Source: Chloroflexota bacterium (GTDB lineage: Bacteria; Chloroflexota; Dehalococcoidia; Dehalococcoidales; JACPPQ01). Taken from it: a DNA stretch of 64,000 bases. Shown here one piece after another: positions 33,876-43,476 of this stretch. The translations under genes were made by a program, and so were the position numbers. The stretch covers positions 1,614-65,613 of the forward strand of contig JACPPQ010000109.1 in assembly GCA_016190925.1 (NCBI GenBank). Reading direction: 5' to 3'. The notes under the pieces are model-generated. The model worked only from the letters and a program-made list of their open reading frames with translations. It had not been told where the DNA came from and made no database searches. Position 1 is the first letter of the stretch. Each line of letters starts with the position of its first letter.

Positions 33876-35471
33876 ATGGAAAAAATATTTCAGACTGACT
33901 CAGCAATAGAGGTGAAACCTCTCTATACTCCCGAAGACATGGTAGAAGCGGGCTTTGACCATAGTCGCGACCTGGGCTCTCCGGGGAGATATCCTTTCAC
34001 TCGTGGGAAGGATTCTACCGGTTACAGGAAGAATCCCTGGATAATGTACCAGTATGCTGGATTTGGCAGTGCCGAAGAAACTAACAAGCGCTATCACTTT
34101 CTCCTCGACCACGGCGAGACAGGTCTCTCTGTAGCCATTGACCTCCCCACACAGATTGGGTATGACTCGGACAATCCCCTGGCATCGGGTGAAGTCGGGA
34201 AAGTCGGTGTTCCCATAAGCTCATTGCAGGATGCTGAAGTCCTTTTCAAAGGTATTCCGCTCGATAGACCGCGCCAGATAAGTGCTACTTTCAACTCCAA
34301 TGCGCCCATCTGGCTGGCAATGATGATTGTGCTTGCTGAAAAGCAGGGGATATCTCCTCAAAAGATAGGGGTCCGGATTCAGAACGACATTCTGAAAGAA
34401 TACATCGCCAGGGGCACTTACATTTTCCCTTCAGCCCCTTCTGTCAGTATGGCTACGGACGTCATCGCCTACTGCGCGGAACACCATCCCAACTGGTTTC
34501 CGTTGACTGCCTGCGGCTATCACATCCGGGAGGCCGGAGCTAACGCAGCGCAGGAGATTGCTTTTACCCTGGCCAACGCTATTGCCTATATCGATGACAC
34601 TGTCCGCAAGGGGGTTAAACCCGAGAAGTTCATTTCCAAAATTCCCGTTTTCTTCTCCTGTGGAATGGATTTTTTCGAGGAGATAGCCAAATTCAGGACC
34701 ATGCGCCGATTGTGGTCGCGGACCATGAAAGAACGCTATCATATTGATGACCCCAATTTGCTGAGCCTTAACCTGGTTGTGTTCACTGCCGGAAGCGCCC
34801 TCACCGCTCAACAACCGATGAACAACATCGTGCGGGTGGCAGTCCAGACCCTCGCCAGTGCTATCGGCGGATGCCAGAACCTGCATACCTGCTCAATGGA
34901 TGAGGCCTATTGTACTCCTACCGAAGAAGCGGTCAAGCTGGCGTTGCGCACCCAGCAGATAATCGCCCATGAAACAGGGATAGTCAGGACTATAGACCCC
35001 TTGGGCGGCTCATATTTTATAGAATCTCTGAGCAACAAGCTTGAAGAAATTGCGAAAAACTACCTGCGGGAAATTGATGAAACTGGTGGGGCGGTTAAGG
35101 CCACTGAAAGCGGCTATTTTCAGCGGCAAATTTCCAAATCAGCATACGAATTAAATCGACAGATTGAAGAGAAGGAACGTATCGTGGTCGGTGTTAATGA
35201 GTACGTGGACGATACAGGACTGCCTATCGAGATACTCAAAGTCGACCCTGGTTTGGAAAGAAAGCAGATAGACAGTGTCCGGGCGCTGAAAAAAGAGCGA
35301 GATAATGTCAAGGTGAAGCAAGCTCTGAGAGAGCTGAAACGGGTGGCAGAGATTCGGGAGAACATAGTTCCGCCGTGCATTGAAGCTGTCAGAGCCTATG
35401 CTACGGTAGGTGAAATCTGCGATGTTCTCAGGGAAGTCTACGGTGAGTATACCGGAGCGAGTCACTTTTAG
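33876..35471 (+). CDS. Methylmalonyl-CoA-mutase-family catalytic (large) subunit
   Basis: This 531-aa ORF contains YPFTRG...GYRKNPWIMYQYAGFGSAEETN and IQNDILKEYIARGTYIFP, both typical of acyl-CoA mutases. It is the TIM-barrel part only, with no B12-binding domain. Confidence 0.85.
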   Translation: MEKIFQTDSAIEVKPLYTPEDMVEAGFDHSRDLGSPGRYPFTRGKDSTGYRKNPWIMYQYAGFGSAEETNKRYHFLLDHGETGLSVAIDLPTQIGYDSDNPLASGEVGKVGVPISSLQDAEVLFKGIPLDRPRQISATFNSNAPIWLAMMIVLAEKQGISPQKIGVRIQNDILKEYIARGTYIFPSAPSVSMATDVIAYCAEHHPNWFPLTACGYHIREAGANAAQEIAFTLANAIAYIDDTVRKGVKPEKFISKIPVFFSCGMDFFEEIAKFRTMRRLWSRTMKERYHIDDPNLLSLNLVVFTAGSALTAQQPMNNIVRVAVQTLASAIGGCQNLHTCSMDEAYCTPTEEAVKLALRTQQIIAHETGIVRTIDPLGGSYFIESLSNKLEEIAKNYLREIDETGGAVKATESGYFQRQISKSAYELNRQIEEKERIVVGVNEYVDDTGLPIEILKVDPGLERKQIDSVRALKKERDNVKVKQALRELKRVAEIRENIVPPCIEAVRAYATVGEICDVLREVYGEYTGASHF

Positions 35472-35480
35472 GTTAAGCAT

Positions 35481-36308
35481 ATGGTTACAAAGCCAATCAG
35501 GGTCTTGATTGCCAAAGTAGGGCTGGATGGGCACGACCGTGGAGCCAAAATCATAGCCAAGGCATTGGCGGACACAGGTATGGAGGTTATTTACACTGGA
35601 ATACGCCAGACACCGGAGCAGGTGGTAAGCACGGCGATTCAGGAAGACGTGGACATTATCGGCCTGAGCAGCCTCTCCGGGGGGCATGAGGCCCTTTTCC
35701 CCAGAGTGGTCGAGCTCCTGAAGGCAAGGGGGAGCAATATCAGAGTAATCGGTGGCGGCATTATTCCTCCCGAAGACGCTTCGAAGCTGAAAAAACAGGG
35801 TATCGCCGAGATTTTCGGGCCGGGCACTCCTACCAAGGAAATTGTGCGCTTTATTAAAGGCGCTTGCCAGGAACCGGTTCGAGACGAGGAGAGTAAAATG
35901 CTCAAGCAAATTGACCATATCGGCATAGCCGTTCGTGATTTAGAGAAGTCTCTGGATAAGTATGCGGAGTTGTATGGGGCAAAGGCCACCCACACTGAGG
36001 TCATGGAGAGCCTGTCAATCAGTATTGCGTTTATACCGGTTGGTGAGGTACTGCTGGAGCTGCTTCAACCTCTTGCTCCGGGCAAAGGACGCATCGGTGA
36101 GTTTCTTGAAAAATACGGCGAGGGATTTCACCACATTGCCTACCGCGTGGATAACCTTGACCGGGTGCTGGCAAAGATGAAAGAAAATGGAATTAAATTG
36201 AGAGATGATAAGCCTCGCCCCGGCGCGGATAACACACGGATTGCATTCATAAGCCCTGAAGAGACCGGCAATGTGCTCACTGAACTGGTAGAAAGTAAGA
36301 AACTATGA
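35481..36308 (+). CDS. Fusion protein: B12-binding domain of acyl-CoA mutase + methylmalonyl-CoA epimerase (VOC fold)
   Basis: This is a 275-aa ORF. Residues 1-130 contain [20 protein letters not shown] (the DxHxxG cobalamin motif). Residues ~150-275 contain [15 protein letters not shown]...[13 protein letters not shown], which is epimerase/glyoxalase-like. Confidence 0.8.
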   Translation: MVTKPIRVLIAKVGLDGHDRGAKIIAKALADTGMEVIYTGIRQTPEQVVSTAIQEDVDIIGLSSLSGGHEALFPRVVELLKARGSNIRVIGGGIIPPEDASKLKKQGIAEIFGPGTPTKEIVRFIKGACQEPVRDEESKMLKQIDHIGIAVRDLEKSLDKYAELYGAKATHTEVMESLSISIAFIPVGEVLLELLQPLAPGKGRIGEFLEKYGEGFHHIAYRVDNLDRVLAKMKENGIKLRDDKPRPGADNTRIAFISPEETGNVLTELVESKKL

Positions 36309-37870
36309 ACATACGGCAGCTCATAGAAGATAGAGTAGCTCGCAATCCGGCAAAGGTCTACCTCTATTTTGAAGACCAGCAGGTTACCTATGCCGATTTC
36401 AATGCGCAGATTAACAGAGTGGCGAACAGCCTGTGGAACGCGGGCATTCGCAAGGGCGACCGCTTTGCCATCATGTTGCCCAACTGCCCTGAGTTTCTGT
36501 ATGTCTGGTTCGGACTGAATAAGATTGGCGCTCTTGAAGTACCCATCAATAACAGCCTGAAGGGCGAGGAGGTCAAGTATATCCTGAAACACTCCGAGGC
36601 CAAAGGCATCGTAATTCATTCGGATTACCTGGCCCTGCTGGAAGGTATACGAGCGGAACTCCCGCAGTTGAAGCATGTGGTTGTATTTGGAAAAACTGCT
36701 GGGCTAGTCGGGGTAGTTCCCTATGAGTCATGGTTGAATTCCTCGTCCTCGGAGCCGCCGGTAGTGGAAATTGCAGAAGACGACCCCGCCGGTATCATCT
36801 ATACATCAGGGACCACCGGACTGCCAAAGGGTGTGCTTCTCTCTCACCGTGGCTGGGTGATGACGGGGGAATCCTATGCCTTTACAGTCGGTATCAAGGC
36901 CGATGACCGGGTTATGACACCCAACCCCCTCTTTCACGCCAATGCGCAATGTTACTCCACTATGGGAAGCCTGGCAGCCGGAGCAAGTCTCATCGTGATT
37001 AAGCGCTTCAGCCAGTCGGAGATACTGGAGCAGACCCGTCGGTATGGAGCTACTGTGCTGGTACTGGTGCAAGCGGTAACACCCTGGGTCTGGAGCCGGC
37101 CTGTTAAGCCTGATGATAAGGATAATCCGGTGAGGACGGTAGTTGCTGGGAACTGGCCTCCGGACATTTACAAAAAATTCGAGGAACGTTTCGGAGTAAA
37201 AAACCAGACTATCTACAGCCAGACCGAAGCCACGATGGCTATCATGGGACCCCGGGAGGGTACTCAACCGCGGAAGGCGGGGGGCATCGGGGTTCCTATG
37301 GAGCATCCCGACCCCTCGGTCAAAAACGAAGTGAAGATAGCCGACGAAAAGGGAGAAGAAGTCCCGTCCGGGCAGACAGGGGAGATATTAATCAAAAACC
37401 CGGCAGTGATGCTCGAATATTATAAAGACCCTGAAAAAACGGCTGAGACTAAACGGAATGGCTGGATTTACACCGGCGACACCGGTTACCGCGACGAAAC
37501 GGGCTACATTTTCTTTGTCGGAAGAAAAAAGCAACTCATTCGCCGGAGGGGTGAGCTTATATCTCCGGTGGAAATCGAAGAGGTGATTAATAAACATCCC
37601 AAAGTACAGGAATCAGCGGTTATTGGGATTCCTTCCGGGCTGGGAGTAGGAGAGGAAGAGATAAAGGTTTACGTTATGGCAAAGCCGGGCGAAACGGTGA
37701 CTCCCGAGGAGATTTGCAGTTGGTGCGGCGAAAAGCTGGCCGCGTTTAAGGTGCCCAAATATATTGAGTTTCGCACTGAGTTTCCACGGAGCTCTATCGG
37801 CAGGATTCAGAAAGAAGCACTCAAAGCGGAGAAGAAAGACCCACGAGAGGGCTGTTATGAGCGTAAGTAA
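36305..37870 (+). CDS. AMP-forming acyl-CoA synthetase/ligase
   Basis: This 521-aa ORF contains the AMP-binding motif [14 protein letters not shown] and the late motifs [21 protein letters not shown]. It overlaps the previous gene by 4 nt. Confidence 0.9.
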   Translation: MNIRQLIEDRVARNPAKVYLYFEDQQVTYADFNAQINRVANSLWNAGIRKGDRFAIMLPNCPEFLYVWFGLNKIGALEVPINNSLKGEEVKYILKHSEAKGIVIHSDYLALLEGIRAELPQLKHVVVFGKTAGLVGVVPYESWLNSSSSEPPVVEIAEDDPAGIIYTSGTTGLPKGVLLSHRGWVMTGESYAFTVGIKADDRVMTPNPLFHANAQCYSTMGSLAAGASLIVIKRFSQSEILEQTRRYGATVLVLVQAVTPWVWSRPVKPDDKDNPVRTVVAGNWPPDIYKKFEERFGVKNQTIYSQTEATMAIMGPREGTQPRKAGGIGVPMEHPDPSVKNEVKIADEKGEEVPSGQTGEILIKNPAVMLEYYKDPEKTAETKRNGWIYTGDTGYRDETGYIFFVGRKKQLIRRRGELISPVEIEEVINKHPKVQESAVIGIPSGLGVGEEEIKVYVMAKPGETVTPEEICSWCGEKLAAFKVPKYIEFRTEFPRSSIGRIQKEALKAEKKDPREGCYERK

Positions 37871-39224
37871 GACTTTGGCGGAAACGCAAAAACTGGTAAT
37901 AGAAGCGTACAAGCAAAAGACTGGCAAGTCCAGAGAACTGCACAAACGAGCTTGCGAGAGCCTCCAGGCGGGCGTATCGGCCAGCACCAGGTTTTATCCG
38001 CCATATCCCATATACATGACCCACGCAAAAGGCAGCAAGACCTATGACGTCGATGGCAACGAATATATAGATTGTTTTCTCTGTGCCGGACCTTTGATTC
38101 TGGGACACAACCGCCCGGAGGTTGTGGAAGCCATCAAGCGGGAAATCGACCGCGGCCTGCTTTTTTCAAATCCTGAGATGGTTATTGAATGCGCTGAACT
38201 GCTTAGGGAACTGGTCCCCTGTGCAGAGAAGATAAGACTTTGCAATACGGGCACCGAGGCAATACTCGCTGCCGTAAGAGCGGTCCGGGCCTTTACTGGC
38301 AAGGACAAGATTATCAAATTCTACGGCCATTACCACGGGCTGGAAGACCAGTTCCTGGTAGGCACCACAACTATAACCAACGCTCCCACCTCCGGGGGCA
38401 TCCCGAAGTCACATGTAGCGAATACCGTCCTGCTGAGATATGGCGATATCGAAGCAATAAAGCGAAAGTTTGACGAAGAGAATGATATTGCCGCTGTGAT
38501 TCTGGACCCTCAGATGAGCTACGAAGGTATCTGGCCTGCGAGCGTCGATTACCTGCGGGAACTGAGACGTCTAACTAAAGAACGGGGAATCGTCCTGATA
38601 TTCGACGAGGTAATAACCGGTTTCAGACTGGCCGCAGGAGGAGCGCAGGAATATTTCGGCATTATCCCCGATTTAGCCACTTTTGCCAAGGGCATGGCCG
38701 CTGGAGAAAAACTGGGGGCGGTAGTTGGCAGAGAGGATATCATGGACACCTTTTCCCCCACGGGATTCGTTCCCCCTTCAGGGGTAAAAGCGAGGGCTAT
38801 ACACGGAGGGACTTTTGCGGACTGCACGGCGGCCGTAGCCGCAGGGATAGCTTCTTTGAAGGTCTATAAACAATTGAAAAAAACGGGAGAATACCAGAAG
38901 CTCTTTCAGTTAACCGAAAAATTGAAAGCAGGCATAGAAGAGGCTTTCAAACAAAGGGGAGTACCCTGTCATGTAAACCAACTTGGCCCTTCAATCAAAA
39001 TTTTCATCACCGATTTGGAACCAGCCACCTTCGAGACTTATTGGAAGCTCGATAAAACTGCCATCTCGTTATTCTACCTGAGCATGATTCCTGAAGGTGT
39101 CTGGTTAGCCAATCCGAGCATGCGCTCGGTGTTCCTGTCCTTTGCTCACACCGAGCAAGATGTGGAGCAAATAGTTGCCGCGGTTAATACCGTTCTGGAT
39201 AAATACAGATTTGAACCTAGCTAA
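37857..39224 (+). CDS. Class-III PLP aminotransferase / glutamate-1-semialdehyde aminomutase-like
   Basis: The track ORF starts at 37764, inside the ligase gene. The ATG at 37857 gives [13 protein letters not shown]... Motifs IDCFLCAGPLILGHNRPEV and ATFAKGMAAGEKLGAV (PLP lysine region) are present. Confidence 0.8.
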   Translation: MSVSKTLAETQKLVIEAYKQKTGKSRELHKRACESLQAGVSASTRFYPPYPIYMTHAKGSKTYDVDGNEYIDCFLCAGPLILGHNRPEVVEAIKREIDRGLLFSNPEMVIECAELLRELVPCAEKIRLCNTGTEAILAAVRAVRAFTGKDKIIKFYGHYHGLEDQFLVGTTTITNAPTSGGIPKSHVANTVLLRYGDIEAIKRKFDEENDIAAVILDPQMSYEGIWPASVDYLRELRRLTKERGIVLIFDEVITGFRLAAGGAQEYFGIIPDLATFAKGMAAGEKLGAVVGREDIMDTFSPTGFVPPSGVKARAIHGGTFADCTAAVAAGIASLKVYKQLKKTGEYQKLFQLTEKLKAGIEEAFKQRGVPCHVNQLGPSIKIFITDLEPATFETYWKLDKTAISLFYLSMIPEGVWLANPSMRSVFLSFAHTEQDVEQIVAAVNTVLDKYRFEPS

Positions 39225-39256
39225 TTGGTTGCCTGAACACACAAAGAGAGGTGACT

Positions 39257-40267
39257 ATGAAAGTCATACAGTATGGTGTGGGTGACCTGGGTCAAACGGC
39301 AATTCGCCTGATGGCGAAGAAAGGGTACGAGGTAGTAGCCGCCATCGGCCGGAAGCGGTTTCTTAATGAAGACATCGGTGACATATCCGGCCTCGGCAGA
39401 AAGCTGGGCGTAAAAGTCACCGGCGATGCTGAAAGTGTGCTTGGGAAGGTAGAAGCCGATGTGGTCTGTCATATGACGGTAACGGATTTTGAAGAGGTCT
39501 ACCGGGAGATAATGCCCTGCGTGGAAGCCGGGCTAAACGTGGTTTCCATATCAGAGGAATTGAGCTATCCCTGGGACACTCATACCAGACTGGCCAGGGA
39601 GATGGACAAAAAGGCGAAATCGCGCCGTGTGACTGTGGTTGGAACGGGCATGAGTCCTGGCTGGGAGCATGACCTGCTCCCTTTAACTGTAGCCAGTGCT
39701 TGCGCCAGGGTCGATAGCATGAAAGTAATGAGAGTAAGTGACTGGAGCCACCAGGCCCGGAGCCGGGGCGATGTCCGGTTCGGGCGAAGCTTACCTGACT
39801 TCGAAGCCGGTGTCAGAAACGGGCAAATCCCGCTACATGCTGGTTTCCCGGAGGGATTGCATATGGTGGCTACTGCCCTGGGGTGGAAGCTGGACAGCAT
39901 TATAGACTGGTGGGAGCCGCTAGTATCGAAAAGCCTCCGCCAAGGCCCGGTGTATACCATTAAGGCTGGACAGACCTGCGGCTTCAAGCATGTTTCCATC
40001 GGATTAATCGACGGCGAAGCCAAACTGACTTTCGGGCTGACAGGAGTGGCAAACCCCGTCCCGGAAGAAGATGGAGAGATGGGCACATTTATCGAAATTG
40101 CAGGGGAACCGAACATAACCGTAAAAGAAGCAGGCTCGGACGTTCCCCTGGGGACAGTGGCGCGGGCGGTAAATTCCTTAAAGGCAGGGGTCGAGGCTCG
40201 GCCTGGTTTGCTTTCGGTGCTGGATTTACCGGTCGCGCCGCCGCTGCCGGACAGAAGTCATGTCTGA
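39257..40267 (+). CDS. DapB-fold NAD(P) dehydrogenase resembling 2,4-diaminopentanoate dehydrogenase / native amine dehydrogenases, paralog 1
   Basis: This ORF is 336 aa from the ATG at 39257 (GAGAGGTG ribosome-binding site). The N-terminal Rossmann segment reads KVIQYGVGDLGQ, followed by VVGTGMSPGW and ATALGWKLD. It is a paralog of 45311..46345. Confidence 0.6.
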   Translation: MKVIQYGVGDLGQTAIRLMAKKGYEVVAAIGRKRFLNEDIGDISGLGRKLGVKVTGDAESVLGKVEADVVCHMTVTDFEEVYREIMPCVEAGLNVVSISEELSYPWDTHTRLAREMDKKAKSRRVTVVGTGMSPGWEHDLLPLTVASACARVDSMKVMRVSDWSHQARSRGDVRFGRSLPDFEAGVRNGQIPLHAGFPEGLHMVATALGWKLDSIIDWWEPLVSKSLRQGPVYTIKAGQTCGFKHVSIGLIDGEAKLTFGLTGVANPVPEEDGEMGTFIEIAGEPNITVKEAGSDVPLGTVARAVNSLKAGVEARPGLLSVLDLPVAPPLPDRSHV

Positions 40268-40288
40268 GAAGCGAGTGGGGTTTGAAGT

Positions 40289-40561
40289 ATGGGGGTAAGA
40301 ATAAGGATACCGTATTCTCTGGTTCACTTGACCGGAGGCCAGTCGGCTGTGGAAGTGTTTGGTGACAATGTCGGAGAGTGCTTGGATTCTTTGCAGGCCA
40401 GGTTTCCGGAACTGAAAGCGACACTCTTCAATGAGGAAGGGAAGTTACGCGCGCTCTTCGATGTTTATGTGAATCACCAAAGCACTTATCCCGAGGGGTT
40501 GCTTCACCCGGTAAAAGGTGGTGATGAGCTTCTTCTCATCATGATAATCGGCGGTGGATAG
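40289..40561 (+). CDS. MoaD/ThiS-like ubiquitin-fold sulfur-carrier protein
   Basis: This 90-aa ORF ends in ...LLIMIIGGG, the C-terminal Gly-Gly typical of MoaD/ThiS. It sits inside the AOR-containing operon. Confidence 0.7.
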   Translation: MGVRIRIPYSLVHLTGGQSAVEVFGDNVGECLDSLQARFPELKATLFNEEGKLRALFDVYVNHQSTYPEGLLHPVKGGDELLLIMIIGGG

Positions 40562-40591
40562 CCTAATCCGATATGAATCGAGGAACCGTTT

Positions 40592-40900
40592 ATGGACAGA
40601 AGAATACAAAACGGGTTTGAGAGAGGCAAGAGTTTTGAAATAGAGGTGGATGGAACGAAGGTTAAAGCCTTCGAAGGTGAAACCATTGCTGCCGCTCTTC
40701 TTGCAGCGGGCAAGCGGACCACCTGCAAGAGTAACGCCAAAAAAGAAGCGAGGGGGCTCTATTGTGGCATGGGCGTCTGCATGGGATGCCGCATGATTGT
40801 CGATGGCAAGCCGAATACACTGGTATGCCAGACTCTGGCCACGCCGGATTGTAAGGTTAAAACACAGAATGCGCTTGAGAACTGGTGGGCTTCAAAATGA
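40592..40900 (+). CDS. Small [2Fe-2S] subunit (HcnA / opine-oxidase / proline-dehydrogenase gamma-like)
   Basis: This 102-aa ORF contains the Cys pattern CGMGVCMGCRMIVDGKPNTLVC. It is followed by HcnB-like and HcnC-like genes. Confidence 0.7.
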   Translation: MDRRIQNGFERGKSFEIEVDGTKVKAFEGETIAAALLAAGKRTTCKSNAKKEARGLYCGMGVCMGCRMIVDGKPNTLVCQTLATPDCKVKTQNALENWWASK

Positions 40901-42294
40901 AAGAAGTAGAAATTGCCATCATAGGAGGGGGACCGGGTGGTATCTGTGCCGCCGCTGAAGCGGCTAAATGCGGCGCGCATGTTGTCCTGCTTGATGAAAA
41001 TCCAGGCTTGGGCGGGCAAATTTACCGAAGGCTTCCCGGCGGTTTTGCTGTCAGGGATGAAGGCCGGCTGGGTAAGGACTACGTTGAGGGAACAAAACTC
41101 ATCAGAGAGCTGGAACAGCATAAGGAAAAGGTCGAAGTAATATCTGGCGCGGTAGTGTGGGGAGTTTTCCCTGGAAATGAAATTGCCTTCCTTAGCGGGG
41201 ACAGGAATGAGCGCCTGAAAGCGAATAGAGTCATTCTGGCCGAAGGTGCCTATGACAGACCTGTGCCCTTCCCCGGCTGGACGCTTCCGGGTGTTATCAC
41301 CGGCGGCGCAGCATTGAGAATGGTTAAGGCAGAGAGAATTTTGCCGGGCGAAAGGCTCCTGCTGGCGGGCACAGGGCCGTTGCAGCTTGCCCTCGGCGCA
41401 CATCTGGTGCAGGCTGGTGCTAAAGTGGTAGCCATCCTTGAAGCGAGCTCACGGGGCGCTTTTTGGAAGCATCTGCCCAAACTCCTGGGAGAGCGGGGAC
41501 TGCTCAAAGAAGGGTTCAATTATATCAGGGAGCTACAAAGAGCGAAAGTGCCGGTTCTCACGGGCCATGCCGTCGTTGCTGTGCAGGGCGATGGAGAAGT
41601 ACAACGAGCGGTTTATGCCAGGGTGGACAATAATTGGAAGACCATCTCTGGCACCGAGAAGACGGTAGAAGTGGACACCATTTGCAGTGGTTACGGTCTT
41701 GTGCCCTCTACCAGGCTGTCCAGGCTGTTCGGGTGCAAGCATAGCTGGGACCGCTCCCTCGGTGGCTGGGTCTCTGAGCACGACAGTTATGCGGAGACTA
41801 CTATCCAGGGTGTCTTTACGGTTGGCGAATGTGCTGGCGTAAGAGGCGCTCTGGTGGCAGCAGAGGAGGGACGTCTTGCTGCTATCAGAGCCTGCCAGCA
41901 ATTGGGGCGACTCTCAGAGGACGAGGCTCGGCGGAAAAGCGTTTCGGTAGTCAAGAGGTTGAAGAAGTTGACAGGCTTTGAATCCGCCCTCGGCAAGATG
42001 TTTGCCATGAGAAGCGGGCTATTCGCTCAAATACCGGACGAAACAGTGATTTGCCGGTGCGAGGAAATTACGGCGGGAGAAATCCGCAGTGCCATCGCTG
42101 AGGGGCTGACCAGTATTGATGAAATCAAGGCAGTAACTCATGCGGGGATGGGGCCTTGCCAGGGGCGGATATGCGAAACCATTGTCTCCGAGATGGTATC
42201 CATTCAAACCGGACGGCCACCGGAAGAGGTAAGGCCTCATACTCCACGTCCACCGGTTAAGCCCCTGGTCCTGGGAAGCTTTGCTCAAGAATAG
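40897..42294 (+). CDS. FAD/NAD(P) pyridine-nucleotide-disulfide-type oxidoreductase with BFD-like [2Fe-2S] domain (HcnB/OoxA-like)
   Basis: I prefer the ATG at 40897, which forms an ATGA overlap with the upstream stop. The dinucleotide-binding motif is IAIIGGGPGG, and the BFD-like motif is CRCEEITAGEIRSAI...GMGPCQGRIC. Confidence 0.75.
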   Translation: MKEVEIAIIGGGPGGICAAAEAAKCGAHVVLLDENPGLGGQIYRRLPGGFAVRDEGRLGKDYVEGTKLIRELEQHKEKVEVISGAVVWGVFPGNEIAFLSGDRNERLKANRVILAEGAYDRPVPFPGWTLPGVITGGAALRMVKAERILPGERLLLAGTGPLQLALGAHLVQAGAKVVAILEASSRGAFWKHLPKLLGERGLLKEGFNYIRELQRAKVPVLTGHAVVAVQGDGEVQRAVYARVDNNWKTISGTEKTVEVDTICSGYGLVPSTRLSRLFGCKHSWDRSLGGWVSEHDSYAETTIQGVFTVGECAGVRGALVAAEEGRLAAIRACQQLGRLSEDEARRKSVSVVKRLKKLTGFESALGKMFAMRSGLFAQIPDETVICRCEEITAGEIRSAIAEGLTSIDEIKAVTHAGMGPCQGRICETIVSEMVSIQTGRPPEEVRPHTPRPPVKPLVLGSFAQE

Positions 42295-42303
42295 CAGTGA
42301 GGA

Positions 42304-43461
42304 ATGTCAACAATGAAGCAGGAAACGGAAATAGTGGTGGCGGGTGGGGGTATAACCGGTACGGCAACCGCATACTACCTGGCAAAAGCGGGCAAAGACG
42401 TTGTCCTGGTCGAGAGGGGAGACCTGACCCGGGGCTCCTCGGCGGCCAATGCCGGGTTTGTTTGGATAACCTACCGCGCCCCTGGTCCCGCTTTGCGGTT
42501 GGGTTTGGCCACTCTTGATAGCTACGATGAAATGAGCAAGAACCATGACATGGAGTATGAGAAGTGCGGGGGCTTGACCCTTTTTGAAACCGAGAACCTG
42601 TTTAAGGACATGGCTCCCTTTGTTGATGTGCGGAAAAACGCAGGGCTGTCTGGGCTCAAGTTCCTGGATAGAAATGGGCTTTTGCAACTGGAACCGCATT
42701 TAGCTCCTTTTGTGTTAGGAGCATTGTTAAATCCACTGGACGGCCACATCAATCCGATGCGCGCAGTATATGCTTACGCCGCCGAAGCCAGGAAGCATGG
42801 CGCGCAACTCCACACCGGCGTAGAAATAACCGGCATCAACATCGAAAAAGGACATGTGAAGTCGGTTATCACTAACAAAGGTGAGATAAAAACAAAATAT
42901 ATCGTCAATGCCTGTGGTGCTCATGCGCCGGTCTTGGGCAAGATGGTAGGCTTGAAGGTCCCCATCGGCTTTCAGAGGGAGCAGATACTGGTCAGTGAAG
43001 AAGTCCCCGGGATTGTAGGCAGACCGATGTTCACCGCCAGCTACAAAAAAACGGTGCAGCAGGGTGGGGTTGGAGGGTTTACCACGGCCTTCTTCGCCAA
43101 TCAGACTAAAAAAGGCAATTTGATATTGGGGGGCGTCAACGATTTCCCGGGCGAAGTCACCAGCACCACCTTCGAAGCCTTTGAGGCTATCAGCCGGGAG
43201 GCGATAAGGTATTTGCCTATCCTGAAGACCCTGTCAGTACGCGCCATCAGGAGCTTCGCTAAATTTTACATCCACACACCGGATGCGCTGCCTGTCCTGG
43301 GGAAGGTCAAAGGGATAGAGGGATTCATTATGGCAAGCGGGCTCAATGATTTTGGCATGGGCGTTGGGCCGGGAGCGGGCAAGGTTATCTCTGAACTCAT
43401 CTGTCTTGGAGAGCCTTCTATCCCGCTCGATGGATTCAGTCTATCCAGATTTGAGAATTAG
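42304..43461 (+). CDS. FAD-dependent amine/amino-acid oxidoreductase (DAO family; HcnC/OoxB-like)
   Basis: This 385-aa ORF contains IVVAGGGITGTATAYYLAKAGKDVVLVERG. Length and position match the third subunit of HcnABC-type complexes. Confidence 0.75.
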   Translation: MSTMKQETEIVVAGGGITGTATAYYLAKAGKDVVLVERGDLTRGSSAANAGFVWITYRAPGPALRLGLATLDSYDEMSKNHDMEYEKCGGLTLFETENLFKDMAPFVDVRKNAGLSGLKFLDRNGLLQLEPHLAPFVLGALLNPLDGHINPMRAVYAYAAEARKHGAQLHTGVEITGINIEKGHVKSVITNKGEIKTKYIVNACGAHAPVLGKMVGLKVPIGFQREQILVSEEVPGIVGRPMFTASYKKTVQQGGVGGFTTAFFANQTKKGNLILGGVNDFPGEVTSTTFEAFEAISREAIRYLPILKTLSVRAIRSFAKFYIHTPDALPVLGKVKGIEGFIMASGLNDFGMGVGPGAGKVISELICLGEPSIPLDGFSLSRFEN

Positions 43462-43476
43462 GGAGGTCGAATAGAA

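Noticed and set aside
35151-35918. Long antisense or overlapping ORFs. Examples are 35151..35918(-), 23414..24160(-), 12838..13668(-), 49839..50543(-), 30819..31508(-), 40759..41403(-), 45680..46249(-), 59336..60136(+) and 7473..7985(-).
   Set aside because: Each is fully embedded in a well-supported gene on the other strand or in another frame. They have no recognisable motifs and an odd composition rich in Arg, Ser and Pro.
40592-43461. Calling the three-gene set hydrogen cyanide synthase (hcnABC).
   Set aside because: The A/B/C architecture is shared by opine oxidases and by proline and hydroxyproline dehydrogenases. The substrate cannot be assigned from the sequence, so no gene symbols are given.
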